Origin: Candidatus Micrarchaeia archaeon
Lineage (GTDB): Archaea > Micrarchaeota > Micrarchaeia > CAILAH01
DNA length: 64,000 nt
Assembly: GCA_038874595.1 (NCBI GenBank)
Contig: JAVZCB010000001.1
Location: 64,001 to 128,000 of the forward strand
Reading direction: 5' to 3'
Positions within the stretch are counted from its first letter, which is position 1. Each line of letters starts with the position of its first letter. Shown here piece by piece: positions 21,224 to 30,565 of this stretch. A model generated the notes under the pieces. That model searched no databases, was not told the origin of the DNA, and was given only the letters and a program-made list of their open reading frames with translations. The position numbers and the translations under genes are program-made.

Positions 21224-24200
21224 TTCTCAATTACCTTTGTTTCTTCTGTTGCCATCATCGGCTTGTTGAGCTGTAAGCTTACAACTTGCGATACGCCATG
21301 CACTTTGCTGACGCCCATCACGGCGTCCGCAGCGGATAAAGTTACATCGTTGTGAGACACCACAATAAACTGCGTCTTTTGTGAAAGCTTTTTCACAAGG
21401 TCAGATACAAGCTTGCTCCTTATCTTGTCAAGTGCAGACTCAATCTCATCCAGGATGTAAAATGCGGATGGATGGTACATATGTATGGCAAACACAAGAA
21501 GTATGGCTATTACCGACTTTTCACCGCCAGACAGGCCCTCAAGCCGTTCCTGCCGCCCATCCTCGCGTATAATCTTTACATCAAGCCCGCCTTCAAACGG
21601 GTCTTTCTGGTCCTGCAATGCAAGAGATGCCTTGCCGGAAGCAAACGTCTGCGAGAATAACATCTGGAAGTTTTGGTTAACCCTCTCAAACGCTTCCATA
21701 AACACAGTTATCTTGCGCTTGTCAACCTCATTAATCATCTGTATTACTGCATCCCTCTCCTTCTCTAACAAAGTTAGCTTTTCATTCATCTCATCGGCTT
21801 CTTTCTTGCGCTCATCATACATTGCAGGCGCGTTGAGGTTCACATTTACAATAGCAGCAAGCGCCGCCTCCTTCTCTTTAAGCTCACCCTTCATCCTGTT
21901 CAGGTTGCCTTCTATGAGCTCAAACTCCTCATTGGTGGCCTCCGCTTTCAGGTCTACGAGCCGCTGCTCAAGCACGGCTTTTCGCATCTCCGTCTTTGCA
22001 ATCTCCTGCAGCATTTTCTCCTTTTCACTGAAAATGCCACCCTTCTCCTCTGCAAGCAAATCTGCCTCCTTTTGGATAGCATCGCGCTTCTGTACCAGCT
22101 CCTTTATATCCTCGCTTGCCTTCTCCATCTGCCGTTTTTTCTTTTCCATTTCCTTTTCAATATTGGCAATCTTTTCCTCAAGTGCTGTTATATCGGAATC
22201 GTTGCCCGTTATTAGCTCTTCAACTTCACCGGCCTGTGCGTTTATATCTTCAATGTTCTTCTTCAGCATTGCAACTTCGGTGGAGCTGCCTTTGAACTCT
22301 GCTTCGAGCATTGCAATCTCATCCTGCAGGACGCTTATCTTCTCTTCGTTACCCTCCTCTTTTTTGTAAAGCACCGAATCAATCTCGCTTTTCCTCTGGC
22401 GCATCGCAGCCAGCCGCTCCTTTGCGCGCGCGACCTGCCCCATCATTTTTTCAATCTCAGCAGCGTTCTCCCTCTTTGCACGCTCAAGCTGGGCAATCTC
22501 TTCCTTTAACAGCTTAATCTTTGCCCTGCATTCCTCTGCCTCACTGGCATTCTTAGTAAGTGCCTGCGCATCCACCTGTAATGATTTGATAAGGACCTCA
22601 ATCTCAGCCCTCTCCCTCCTAATACGTGATGACTCATCCCTTAGTTGGAATAATGAGCTCACAAGCCCTTCCTTCTCCTCCTGCAGCTTTGCAATCCTCT
22701 CTTCAAGCTCGGCCGCTTTCTTTCTCTCTGCAAGCTTCATCCCTGAAACGAAATAACCACCTGTGACTGCGCTTGATTTCTCAATCACGTCACCAGCAAG
22801 TGTCACGAGCCTGGCCTTTCCAATCAGCCCGACATCCTTAGCGCTCTCTATATCACTAACTAGCACTGTATCCCCAAATACGTATGTCATTGGCCCTGCA
22901 AACTTTGGGTCATACTCAATGAAATCAATGAGCCTCCCAAGAACACCAGGATAATTAAGCTGGGACTTTTGCAATTCAACATTCATCTTAAGCGGGAGGA
23001 ACGTTGCCCGCCCCGTCTTGCGCGCGCGCAGGTGCTCAATGACTTCTTTGCTCGTCTCAACATCCTCAACCACGATATAATTCAGCCTGCCGCCAGCGGA
23101 TGCCTCAATCGCAACAGCGTATTTTGAGTCAAAGTTGCAGAGCTCCTGCACTGTCCCATAAATCCCTTTCACAGCACCTTTTTCCTGAAGGTCCTTGATG
23201 AAGCTGATGACATTTTCGGTATGTGACATCCCGCTTATTGCCCTGTACCGCGAGTATTCCTCCTTGAGCTTGAGCAGTGTCTTGTCAGCCTCAGCACTCT
23301 GCTCGTTTATCTTGCGCTCCTTTACAAAAAGGTCTTCAACCTCCTTTTTCTTTTTCTCAAGCTCCTTCTCGGCTTCGCGTATCCTACGCTCGATCTCTCG
23401 CAGCTCCGCAGAGACCCCCTTCTCAGCAATCTGGGTAAGCTTTTCAATCTCTTCACTTTTCGATGCAAGCTTAATCTCAGCCTGTAAAGCAGCCCCTTCG
23501 TATCCCCTGAGCATTTCCTCTTTTGAATATATGTCATCCTCAAGCGCCTTTATCTCCTCACCGAGTTTCTGTGATTCATTAACAAGCGTTGAATCGCGCT
23601 TCTTCGCCATATCCGCCTTCCTTTTCAGCTCAGCAAGCTCGTTTTTAGCAATTAGGAGGCGCTGCTCCTTCTCGGAGAGTGCCGTGCCGAAGGATGCAAT
23701 TCGTGATTCAAGCTCGGATTTCTTCCTGTGCAGCTCTTCAAGCCTTTTGGCAAGCTCACTCTTCTTTGCGAGCAAGTTTTCCTTCTTTTCTGTGGAAACC
23801 GCAAGCTCAGTCCTGAGCGCCTCATACTCCCGGAATGCCTTGTTATCAGTGCTGCACCTGTTAATCTCCTCTGACAGTTCCTTGATTGCCTGTGATTTCT
23901 CGCGGATTTTTTCATCTATGAGAGCAATCCTACTGTCAATCTCACCTGCTTTTGCCTTCTTGATTGCATATTCCTTTGTAACTTCCTCATATTCCTCTTC
24001 AATCCTTCGAATCTCCCAGTAGATAACGCTATTCTTCAGATTTGTTACCTCTCTCTTCAGTGCAATATACTTTAATGCAACCTCCCTGTCTTTCTCAAGC
24101 TCTTTCAAATACCCTTCTTTTTCCTTTAGAACAAGCCGTGTCTCATTAATCCTCTGCTGGACAGTTTCCAGCTCTTTCATCGCCTCGTTTTTCTTTGCAT

Positions 24201-24678
24201 CAAACTCTGCAACACCTGCTATGTCATCTATTATCTTCCTCTTCTCGATTGCATTCATTTCAATTAGTTTCTGGACCTCCCCCTGGCCGATTACGTTATG
24301 TGCACCATTTTCTATGTTGTATTTCTTTAACAGCTCAACCACAGCACCCCTCGTTGCATTTTTTCCGTTTAGCTTGTACCCGCTCTTACCGTCCCGTGTA
24401 ATTCTTCTTGCAACTGTAATCTCACCATCTGGTGTGGTAATCTCAAGGCTTACCTCTGCGTGCTCTGCGTTATGGTTTATAAGGTCCTTGATGCTTTTAG
24501 CGCGCAGTGCAGAGAATTTCATCTCACCTATGGCAAACCTGATTGCATCGCACACGTTGCTTTTTCCGCTTCCGTTAGGGCCCATAAACGCCTGAAACCC
24601 ATTAATCAGGTTAATATCAACCTTCTTGAAGGATTTGAAATTCCTACATCTCAGCTTGCTTATAAAAGCCCCGCTCAC
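21220..24678 (-). CDS. smc: Chromosome segregation protein SMC
   Basis: NFKSF, GPNGSGKSN, hinge GIYGTV/GRATFLPL, LSGGEKS, LDEIESALD, QFIVVSH. Confidence 0.96.
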   Translation of the reverse strand: MSGAFISKLRCRNFKSFKKVDINLINGFQAFMGPNGSGKSNVCDAIRFAIGEMKFSALRAKSIKDLINHNAEHAEVSLEITTPDGEITVARRITRDGKSGYKLNGKNATRGAVVELLKKYNIENGAHNVIGQGEVQKLIEMNAIEKRKIIDDIAGVAEFDAKKNEAMKELETVQQRINETRLVLKEKEGYLKELEKDREVALKYIALKREVTNLKNSVIYWEIRRIEEEYEEVTKEYAIKKAKAGEIDSRIALIDEKIREKSQAIKELSEEINRCSTDNKAFREYEALRTELAVSTEKKENLLAKKSELAKRLEELHRKKSELESRIASFGTALSEKEQRLLIAKNELAELKRKADMAKKRDSTLVNESQKLGEEIKALEDDIYSKEEMLRGYEGAALQAEIKLASKSEEIEKLTQIAEKGVSAELREIERRIREAEKELEKKKKEVEDLFVKERKINEQSAEADKTLLKLKEEYSRYRAISGMSHTENVISFIKDLQEKGAVKGIYGTVQELCNFDSKYAVAIEASAGGRLNYIVVEDVETSKEVIEHLRARKTGRATFLPLKMNVELQKSQLNYPGVLGRLIDFIEYDPKFAGPMTYVFGDTVLVSDIESAKDVGLIGKARLVTLAGDVIEKSSAVTGGYFVSGMKLAERKKAAELEERIAKLQEEKEGLVSSLFQLRDESSRIRRERAEIEVLIKSLQVDAQALTKNASEAEECRAKIKLLKEEIAQLERAKRENAAEIEKMMGQVARAKERLAAMRQRKSEIDSVLYKKEEGNEEKISVLQDEIAMLEAEFKGSSTEVAMLKKNIEDINAQAGEVEELITGNDSDITALEEKIANIEKEMEKKKRQMEKASEDIKELVQKRDAIQKEADLLAEEKGGIFSEKEKMLQEIAKTEMRKAVLEQRLVDLKAEATNEEFELIEGNLNRMKGELKEKEAALAAIVNVNLNAPAMYDERKKEADEMNEKLTLLEKERDAVIQMINEVDKRKITVFMEAFERVNQNFQMLFSQTFASGKASLALQDQKDPFEGGLDVKIIREDGRQERLEGLSGGEKSVIAILLVFAIHMYHPSAFYILDEIESALDKIRSKLVSDLVKKLSQKTQFIVVSHNDVTLSAADAVMGVSKVHGVSQVVSLQLNKPMMATEETKVIEK

Positions 24679-24731
24679 GTTAGAGTTTAAGGTAATAATA
24701 GTTATAAATATCGCATCTAAATGCAAATGCC

Positions 24732-25019
24732 TTATACCTCAAATACCTCATCAGCTTCAACTCTGAGCCATTGCCCCCCTATATTTATGTAGAGCGCATC
24801 TGTTGGTGAATCGTACACCACCATATCCGGCCTAGCATCCTCCAATGGGAGGTCAATGGCAATCCTGATACGCGCGGCCATCCATGAGAACCTGTCCCTG
24901 AACGGGTTAAGCTCAATGATGGGTGAAGTCTTTTTCTCGCTTTTTTCCTTTTTGCACCACTCTATAACCTCTCGTATCTCTGCACGCGGTGCCATACCAT
25001 CACCTATAACAAATGCCAT
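24732..25019 (-). CDS. Hypothetical protein
   Basis: 95-aa ORF overlapping the stop of the upstream ORF. Confidence 0.55.
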   Translation of the reverse strand: MAFVIGDGMAPRAEIREVIEWCKKEKSEKKTSPIIELNPFRDRFSWMAARIRIAIDLPLEDARPDMVVYDSPTDALYINIGGQWLRVEADEVFEV

Positions 25020-25741
25020 TTCAGCATCCCATAAACAGCACGCTGCATTTCAATAGGGCTGTTAAACCCAAGTTCTTTGCACGATTGGAGCATAAGAGGA
25101 TGTGGTGCAAAATGCGAAACGGTTATTGAATAATTTTCGAACCTGGATAGCACCTGCGTGCTGCCCGCAGTACGCATTTTCCCACCATAGATGGCACTTG
25201 CACCAACTGACACTGTAGGTACGATTGCATTATCATTATGATGGTGCTGGAATGAGAATTCTATATCGTGCCCTTCAATCTTCCTGTCTTTTATGTTCAT
25301 CCCATCAACGTGCCCTTTAAATGATATCGTAAATATAGAATTCGCCTCAGAAACCTTGAGTTCTCCTTTACCGAGTTTTATGAGAAAGTAGTGGTCAAGC
25401 TTTTCTGGTTCTGATGGCTTCTTGGTTGCGGCTTTGCAAAGCAGTATAACTGTGCTGTTTTTCAGCCCGAGTGCGCGCGTTGACCCTGCAGACCAGTCAA
25501 GCCGCATCTCCTGCGAATCAATCCGTATCCCTTGGTAGTACCTTGTAGGCTTTGGCAGTGCAACACGCGGCTCCAGGTAGATGAGCGGCTCAATGAATGG
25601 GAAATCAACCTGTGAAAAAAGAAGGCGCGGCTCTGTCTCACCGTTACTAATGTTCATAAGGCGTTGGACATCCTCAAGCATATATTTGCCTATTGCGCTT
25701 GAATATCCAGGACTGCTAATCTTATTGCAGACATCGCACAT
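25004..25741 (-). CDS. Hypothetical protein with N-terminal CxxC
   Basis: 245-aa ORF, MCDVC start, His-rich patch; TATA-like tttaaa upstream. Confidence 0.6.
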   Translation of the reverse strand: MCDVCNKISSPGYSSAIGKYMLEDVQRLMNISNGETEPRLLFSQVDFPFIEPLIYLEPRVALPKPTRYYQGIRIDSQEMRLDWSAGSTRALGLKNSTVILLCKAATKKPSEPEKLDHYFLIKLGKGELKVSEANSIFTISFKGHVDGMNIKDRKIEGHDIEFSFQHHHNDNAIVPTVSVGASAIYGGKMRTAGSTQVLSRFENYSITVSHFAPHPLMLQSCKELGFNSPIEMQRAVYGMLKWHLL

Positions 25742-25894
25742 AACAGGACCAATGCATAAATAAGGGGTTTAAAGCTTAAAAAGTAGGGAGCGGCACGCCC
25801 GCGTGTGTGTGGGGGTGTTGTGTGGGCATGCCGTGTAGCCTCCGAGTTTCACGCCACCGTGGAGGTGTTGTGAATATGATATGTGCACTCCTTC

Positions 25895-26344
25895 TTATTT
25901 CACGAAGTAGTACACCTTCCTGCCCGCCTGTCTTTTATCCAGGTATCCGAGCGAGAACAGCCTGTGCAGGCGTGAGCTTGCACCGTTTGTCCCTTTGTAA
26001 TTGAAGTGCTTTTGCACTTCTTCAGCAGTAACCATTCTCATTTTCTTTACATATGCAAGCAATTCTGAATCAACTTCCCCTAGCAGGCATTTCTCCTTTT
26101 TCCTGCTTTTTTCAAGCTCTTTCTCAAGGCTCTCAACCTGCATCTCAAGCTTCTCTATCTTGCTTATTGCGGTTGCGATGAGGCTGTTAGTCCTCTCGCG
26201 CTCCTCCTTTAGTGAATATACGAGCTGTGCAAGAAACACCGGGTCGGAGATCTTGCTTGAAGCCATCATTTCCTCAGGGCTTGCGTTCGCTACCGCGGCT
26301 TCAAACTTATAATCTTTTGTTGCTAATTCTTTCTGTTCAGTCAT
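25895..26344 (-). CDS. Coiled-coil + C-terminal winged-helix DNA-binding protein
   Basis: Heptad region, then VTAEEVQKHFNYKGTNGASSRLHRL...LDKRQAGRKVYY (wHTH). Confidence 0.75.
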   Translation of the reverse strand: MTEQKELATKDYKFEAAVANASPEEMMASSKISDPVFLAQLVYSLKEERERTNSLIATAISKIEKLEMQVESLEKELEKSRKKEKCLLGEVDSELLAYVKKMRMVTAEEVQKHFNYKGTNGASSRLHRLFSLGYLDKRQAGRKVYYFVK

Positions 26345-26365
26345 TGCCCCCGACCCACTCAGGAC

Positions 26366-26408
26366 ACCATCATGAATCTGTCATGATGATGTCATGATGG
26401 TATCATTA
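26366..26408. promoter_or_regulatory. Putative operator: phased TCATGA palindromes
   Basis: TCATGA at 26370, 26381 and 26392, TCATTA at 26403 (11-bp period); ACCATCATGA/TCATGATGGT inverted repeat; lies between divergent genes. Confidence 0.6.
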
Positions 26409-26441
26409 CAACGCAAATGCTTATAAATCTATTGTGATATC

Positions 26442-27005
26442 ATGGCAGAACAAAATCCGCGCCTGAAGGATGACCTCCGTAAGATGTATCTCCACGTCAA
26501 GACGAGAAACATACGCGGGCTCCGCGATGTGTCAAATGTATTCACACAGGACCTTCTTATCTTCCAGGACCCTTTTTATCTTGACCTGGCCCTCTGCTCA
26601 ATGGTTCTTGCAAAGATGATTGAGAAGCCAAGGTTTTGGAGATATGAGCAGTGGAAAAATATCCTGTTTTCAATTGAAGATACTCTGAGGCAGGCAGTCT
26701 CGCTTGCAGAGCGAAATGATTCCAAAGGCATTAGCAGGCTTATCAGGCAAGTGCTTCAGAAACTAGGCAATGTGGAGAAGAAAGACAGGAGGTATGTTGA
26801 CACAACTATAATGTCTGCACGCGTGAAAATAGGCTCTACGCTTTACGGACAGGGCCTATCCCTTGGTAAGGCGTCATCATTATGCGGTGCACCCCGTGAT
26901 GATATTCTCCGTTATTCTGGAAAAACGCTCATCTCAGACAGGTTTGGTAAAACATTTTCAATAAAGGAGAGGTTGGCAAATGTCGCAGGAATATTCAGAG
27001 ATTAA
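26442..27005 (+). CDS. Hypothetical protein with C-terminal UPF0175-like HTH
   Basis: LYGQGLSLGKASSLCGAPR resembles the UPF0175 antitoxin HTH. Confidence 0.55.
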   Translation: MAEQNPRLKDDLRKMYLHVKTRNIRGLRDVSNVFTQDLLIFQDPFYLDLALCSMVLAKMIEKPRFWRYEQWKNILFSIEDTLRQAVSLAERNDSKGISRLIRQVLQKLGNVEKKDRRYVDTTIMSARVKIGSTLYGQGLSLGKASSLCGAPRDDILRYSGKTLISDRFGKTFSIKERLANVAGIFRD

Positions 27006-27693
27006 TAGGAATTCAGTTGTATGCGATTCAAGCTCGCTAATCTCGCTTGCAGAGAGCTGCCAGCTTGATGTGCTATCTTTCCTTAAGCAGCATATGTATG
27101 GGGATTTCATATACCCGCGCACGGTACGGATTGAATCTATGGAGCGGCCGCTCGGGATGCGTGAGCATGCGCTCCGTGCCTTTCGGCTTATGGATTACGA
27201 AAAGAGCGGTGCAATAAAATTTGTTGATTATGACGTCAGCAGGAAGATGCGCGAGATTATGGACATAGCAAATTCAATTTTCTCAGTTGCAGGCAGGCCT
27301 ATCCAGCTTGTTGATGACGGTGAGGCCGCCCAGGTTGCGCTTGCAATTGAATTTGGGATAAATACAATACTTATAGATGAGCGGACTACTCGCACTTTGA
27401 TTGAGGCACCGTTCAGGCACAAGGAGCATCTTGAGCGCGAGTTCCGAAAGCCGGTTAGGATGAACGATGCGTTAATGGACGAGTTCAACAGCCTTACCCG
27501 CGGTCTTAAAATCATTAGGAGTTCGGAGATAATACTGCTTGCATATAAGTACGGCTATTTTGACCATTATGGCGAGCTTAAATCGAAAGCGCTTGAGGGC
27601 GCGCTTTACGGTGTAAAGCTATGCGGGTGCAGCATCAGTTTTGAGGAGATAGATGAGATTATGCGTGAGTTGAATGCAAGACAGCTCTTCTGA
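26980..27693 (+). CDS. PIN-domain protein (DUF3368-like)
   Basis: VCDSSSLISL, DDGEAAQVALA, ILIDERTTR acidic PIN motifs. Confidence 0.7.
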   Translation: MSQEYSEINRNSVVCDSSSLISLAESCQLDVLSFLKQHMYGDFIYPRTVRIESMERPLGMREHALRAFRLMDYEKSGAIKFVDYDVSRKMREIMDIANSIFSVAGRPIQLVDDGEAAQVALAIEFGINTILIDERTTRTLIEAPFRHKEHLEREFRKPVRMNDALMDEFNSLTRGLKIIRSSEIILLAYKYGYFDHYGELKSKALEGALYGVKLCGCSISFEEIDEIMRELNARQLF

Positions 27694-28384
27694 TACCGCA
27701 CACACAGAATCGCAGGCAACGCTTGCTGAATCTGCATTTCCTGATACGCCTATAGTATATGCGGATACGCGCGAGGACAGGGCAGTCATAGAATCCCTTG
27801 AAGGGCGCGGCTGCAGGGTTATTGTGAAGCAGCTGGAGATAGGGGATTACATCGTCTCAGACCGCACCGTTATTGAGCGTAAGACACGTGATGATTTTGA
27901 AAGCTCTATTGTGGATGGGCGGCTTTTTGAGCAGGCATCGCGCATCACGCAGGCGTATGAGAAAGTTGTATATGTAATTGAGGGCCAGGCGTTTAATGAG
28001 CGTGTAAACCGCAAGGCACTTATGGCAGCAATCTCTTCATTGATACTCAACAACAACATCTCAATTTTCTTCACACGCGACCCCGGCGCCACAGCTGAGC
28101 TAATCTGTGCGCTGGCATCAAAAGAGCAGCTTGAGTCAAGGCGCGTTATACTTCTCAAAAAGCCTAAGAAACACAATGACCTGAATCTATCCGTGTTATA
28201 TATAGCGTCAGCAATCCCGATGATAGGCGAGAAGACAGCAGAAAACCTGCTTATACACTTCGGCTCGCTGCAAAACCTTTTCAACGCGACCGAGCAGCAG
28301 CTCGCTGAAGTGAAAGGTATTGGAAAAAAGCGCGCACGCGAGATTGCAAAAATAATGCGGGCAAAATATATCCCCCGCTCATAA
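27674..28384 (+). CDS. xpf: XPF/ERCC4 structure-specific endonuclease (short form: nuclease + HhH2)
   Basis: DTRE, GDY, IERKTRDDF, GRLFEQ, IEG; IPMIGEK and VKGIGKK HhH motifs. Confidence 0.9.
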   Translation: MQDSSSDTAHTESQATLAESAFPDTPIVYADTREDRAVIESLEGRGCRVIVKQLEIGDYIVSDRTVIERKTRDDFESSIVDGRLFEQASRITQAYEKVVYVIEGQAFNERVNRKALMAAISSLILNNNISIFFTRDPGATAELICALASKEQLESRRVILLKKPKKHNDLNLSVLYIASAIPMIGEKTAENLLIHFGSLQNLFNATEQQLAEVKGIGKKRAREIAKIMRAKYIPRS

Positions 28385-28399
28385 ATATCTTTTTAGCAA

Positions 28400-28651
28400 C
28401 TATCCAAGGCGGTCAACTGCAACCACATCTATGCTGCTTACATTTGGGAATCCCTGCAGCTTCTCTTCTAGAGGTGTGCTCCCGTCTTTCTCCTCTGCAT
28501 AAAATAGTGCTTTTATTGCAAGCGCGCCAAACGCCAGCTCTTCCTTGCCAATCTGTACTGGCCTAAGCTCCTGCTTTATCTTTGCAATCAGCTCATCGAC
28601 TTTTTCCTGCTCATCAGGGAAAATTCTTATCAACACTGCAACTTGTGCCAT
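28400..28651 (-). CDS. ef1b: Translation elongation factor 1-beta
   Basis: IRIFP, EELAFGAL, VSSIDV. Confidence 0.85.
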   Translation of the reverse strand: MAQVAVLIRIFPDEQEKVDELIAKIKQELRPVQIGKEELAFGALAIKALFYAEEKDGSTPLEEKLQGFPNVSSIDVVAVDRLG

Positions 28652-28683
28652 TCATTTCACCTTTCCATATTTTTCATAGGTCA

Positions 28684-29289
28684 TTATTTATAAAACTCAA
28701 ACTCCTCCTCATCTTCCTCAGGCTGCCATCTTGTCCGTAAAACAGACCCCTTCTCAAACATCTTGGCGTATGCCCACCCAAACACGAGCCCGCCCAGATG
28801 TGCTGCGCTCGCAACCCCTGAGTATGGGTTGAATGTCCCGAGAAACTCAAGGATTACCCATACAATTGCAGCACTGCTCATCCGCATCGGGATAAACCAA
28901 AGATATACTACAAGGTCAGGGGTGAGCACCGCGAGCGCCCCGAGTATTGCGTATATTGCACCGCTCGCTCCAAGTGCCGGTATTGGGGGTGCAATCCCAA
29001 TAGCGATTGTGATGTAATACAACAGCGACCCAATTATTCCGCCTGCAAAGAAAACCATTATGAATTTGTCTGTTCCAATCCGGCTTTCAAGAATTGGGCC
29101 GAACATAAACAGCGCGAGCATATTAAAGAAGATGTGAGTCAGGTCAGCATGCAGGAATATAGAAGTGAAGAATCTCCACGGCTGTGTGAGAGCAACCGCA
29201 GGGTCAAATATGAACATTTCTGTAAACCCAGGTATCACTTCGAGGAAAAACGCAAGAAACATCAACCCTATAAGGTAGAATGAAATCAT
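28684..29289 (-). CDS. Rhomboid intramembrane serine protease
   Basis: PWRFFTSIFLH, HIFFNM, GASGA, AHLGG. Confidence 0.93.
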   Translation of the reverse strand: MISFYLIGLMFLAFFLEVIPGFTEMFIFDPAVALTQPWRFFTSIFLHADLTHIFFNMLALFMFGPILESRIGTDKFIMVFFAGGIIGSLLYYITIAIGIAPPIPALGASGAIYAILGALAVLTPDLVVYLWFIPMRMSSAAIVWVILEFLGTFNPYSGVASAAHLGGLVFGWAYAKMFEKGSVLRTRWQPEEDEEEFEFYK

Positions 29290-29392
29290 CAGTAGTATTC
29301 AGCAGCATAAAACTTAAATTAAGTAGCAGCATTAATCCTATAGGTCTTGTAAACTTCGGTTTATACAGACCTACAAGCCAGAAGGCTTGCAC

Positions 29393-29556
29393 GGGCCCGT
29401 AGCTCAGCCTGGATAGAGCGGCAGCCTTCTAGTCCTTTTTCTTTCTTGCAGGCAAGAAAGAAAACCGGCACTAAAAGAAAGAAATGGAGGCGTGTCCAGT
29501 AATGCGCTTCAGGATAAGTAAGCTGAGGGTCGTGGGTTCAAATCCCATCGGGCCCG
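29393..29556 (+). tRNA. tRNA-Arg(UCU) with 89-nt intron at 37/38 (29432..29520)
   Basis: GGGCCCG/CGGGCCC acceptor, GCTC/GAGC D stem, CU-UCU-AA loop after splicing, GTGGG-TTCAAAT-CCCAT T arm; relaxed BHB. Confidence 0.93.
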
Positions 29557-29574
29557 CTTTAATTTTTCAAACGG

Positions 29575-30486
29575 CTATTCTATCTTGGGTTTGGTTACAA
29601 TTTCCATATTTCCTTCATAGGTGATAATGCAGTCTTTTTCCAGTCTCATTTTGAAAAGTACTTTTCCATTATCTCCCTTAAGGTATCTTAGGTTAGGATC
29701 TGTTTCATCGTGTACAATTTTTACATCGTTGTTCTGTGTTGAATATGGATGTATCCGCTGGTAACTTCTCTTATCATTATCATACCTGCGTATAATTACG
29801 GCTATCGGCGTTGTTATGATTATCCATCCATTATGAATTTCATAATTGGTTTTTTTGACGTACTCCTCATCGAGTAGGTTGGAATAAAATAAAGTCCCTG
29901 AGGTTGGTATTGCAGTATCATTTTTAATTATGCTGTTAATTGAAAGGAACCCAACAACACCTTTTTCTGTAATAAATAGTATCCCATTAAACAGATTATC
30001 TCTATAATCAATAGTTGCCGCAACTATCTTATCTTGGAGGGTATCATACTTATCACCAAGGTTTGTGATTCTGCTAAAACTGATTGTGCTAGAATCAACA
30101 TCTAGGTAGTTACCCATAAGTGCTATCTTGTTATATCCAGGCAACGGGATAACATCCCCGTTTTCTGTAACGGCAATTGATATATCATTATGGCAGGATA
30201 ATCCAACGGCTTTTTTAATATTTAGGTATGGTTGAAATGATTCTTTGCTGAGTAATTCCTTAGTTTCACCACTCTCCAATTTTTCAAAAAACGAGTAAAT
30301 TATAGAACTACTTTTAAAATCATATCCGCAACGTGCACTATACGTCCCGTAATCAATCTCAGAAACTAAAGGTTCCTTTTGCTTAAATCCATTTGAAGAC
30401 CCAGACATTAAGAGCGCGGCAGCAACCGCGCCACAGACCCATTTCTTAATATTACTAATTTTTTTACTTGGCATAAGGAAACACAA
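29575..30486 (-). CDS. AT-rich hypothetical secreted protein
   Basis: N-terminal hydrophobic segment; visibly lower GC than flanks; lies just 3' of tRNA-Arg. Confidence 0.6.
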   Translation of the reverse strand: MCFLMPSKKISNIKKWVCGAVAAALLMSGSSNGFKQKEPLVSEIDYGTYSARCGYDFKSSSIIYSFFEKLESGETKELLSKESFQPYLNIKKAVGLSCHNDISIAVTENGDVIPLPGYNKIALMGNYLDVDSSTISFSRITNLGDKYDTLQDKIVAATIDYRDNLFNGILFITEKGVVGFLSINSIIKNDTAIPTSGTLFYSNLLDEEYVKKTNYEIHNGWIIITTPIAVIIRRYDNDKRSYQRIHPYSTQNNDVKIVHDETDPNLRYLKGDNGKVLFKMRLEKDCIITYEGNMEIVTKPKIE

Positions 30487-30565
30487 ATATTTGAACCAAA
30501 TACCCCTTTATAAACGTTTTTAAAAAATTTAAAAAAAGGACCAAACTACTCTCTATAAATGATTC

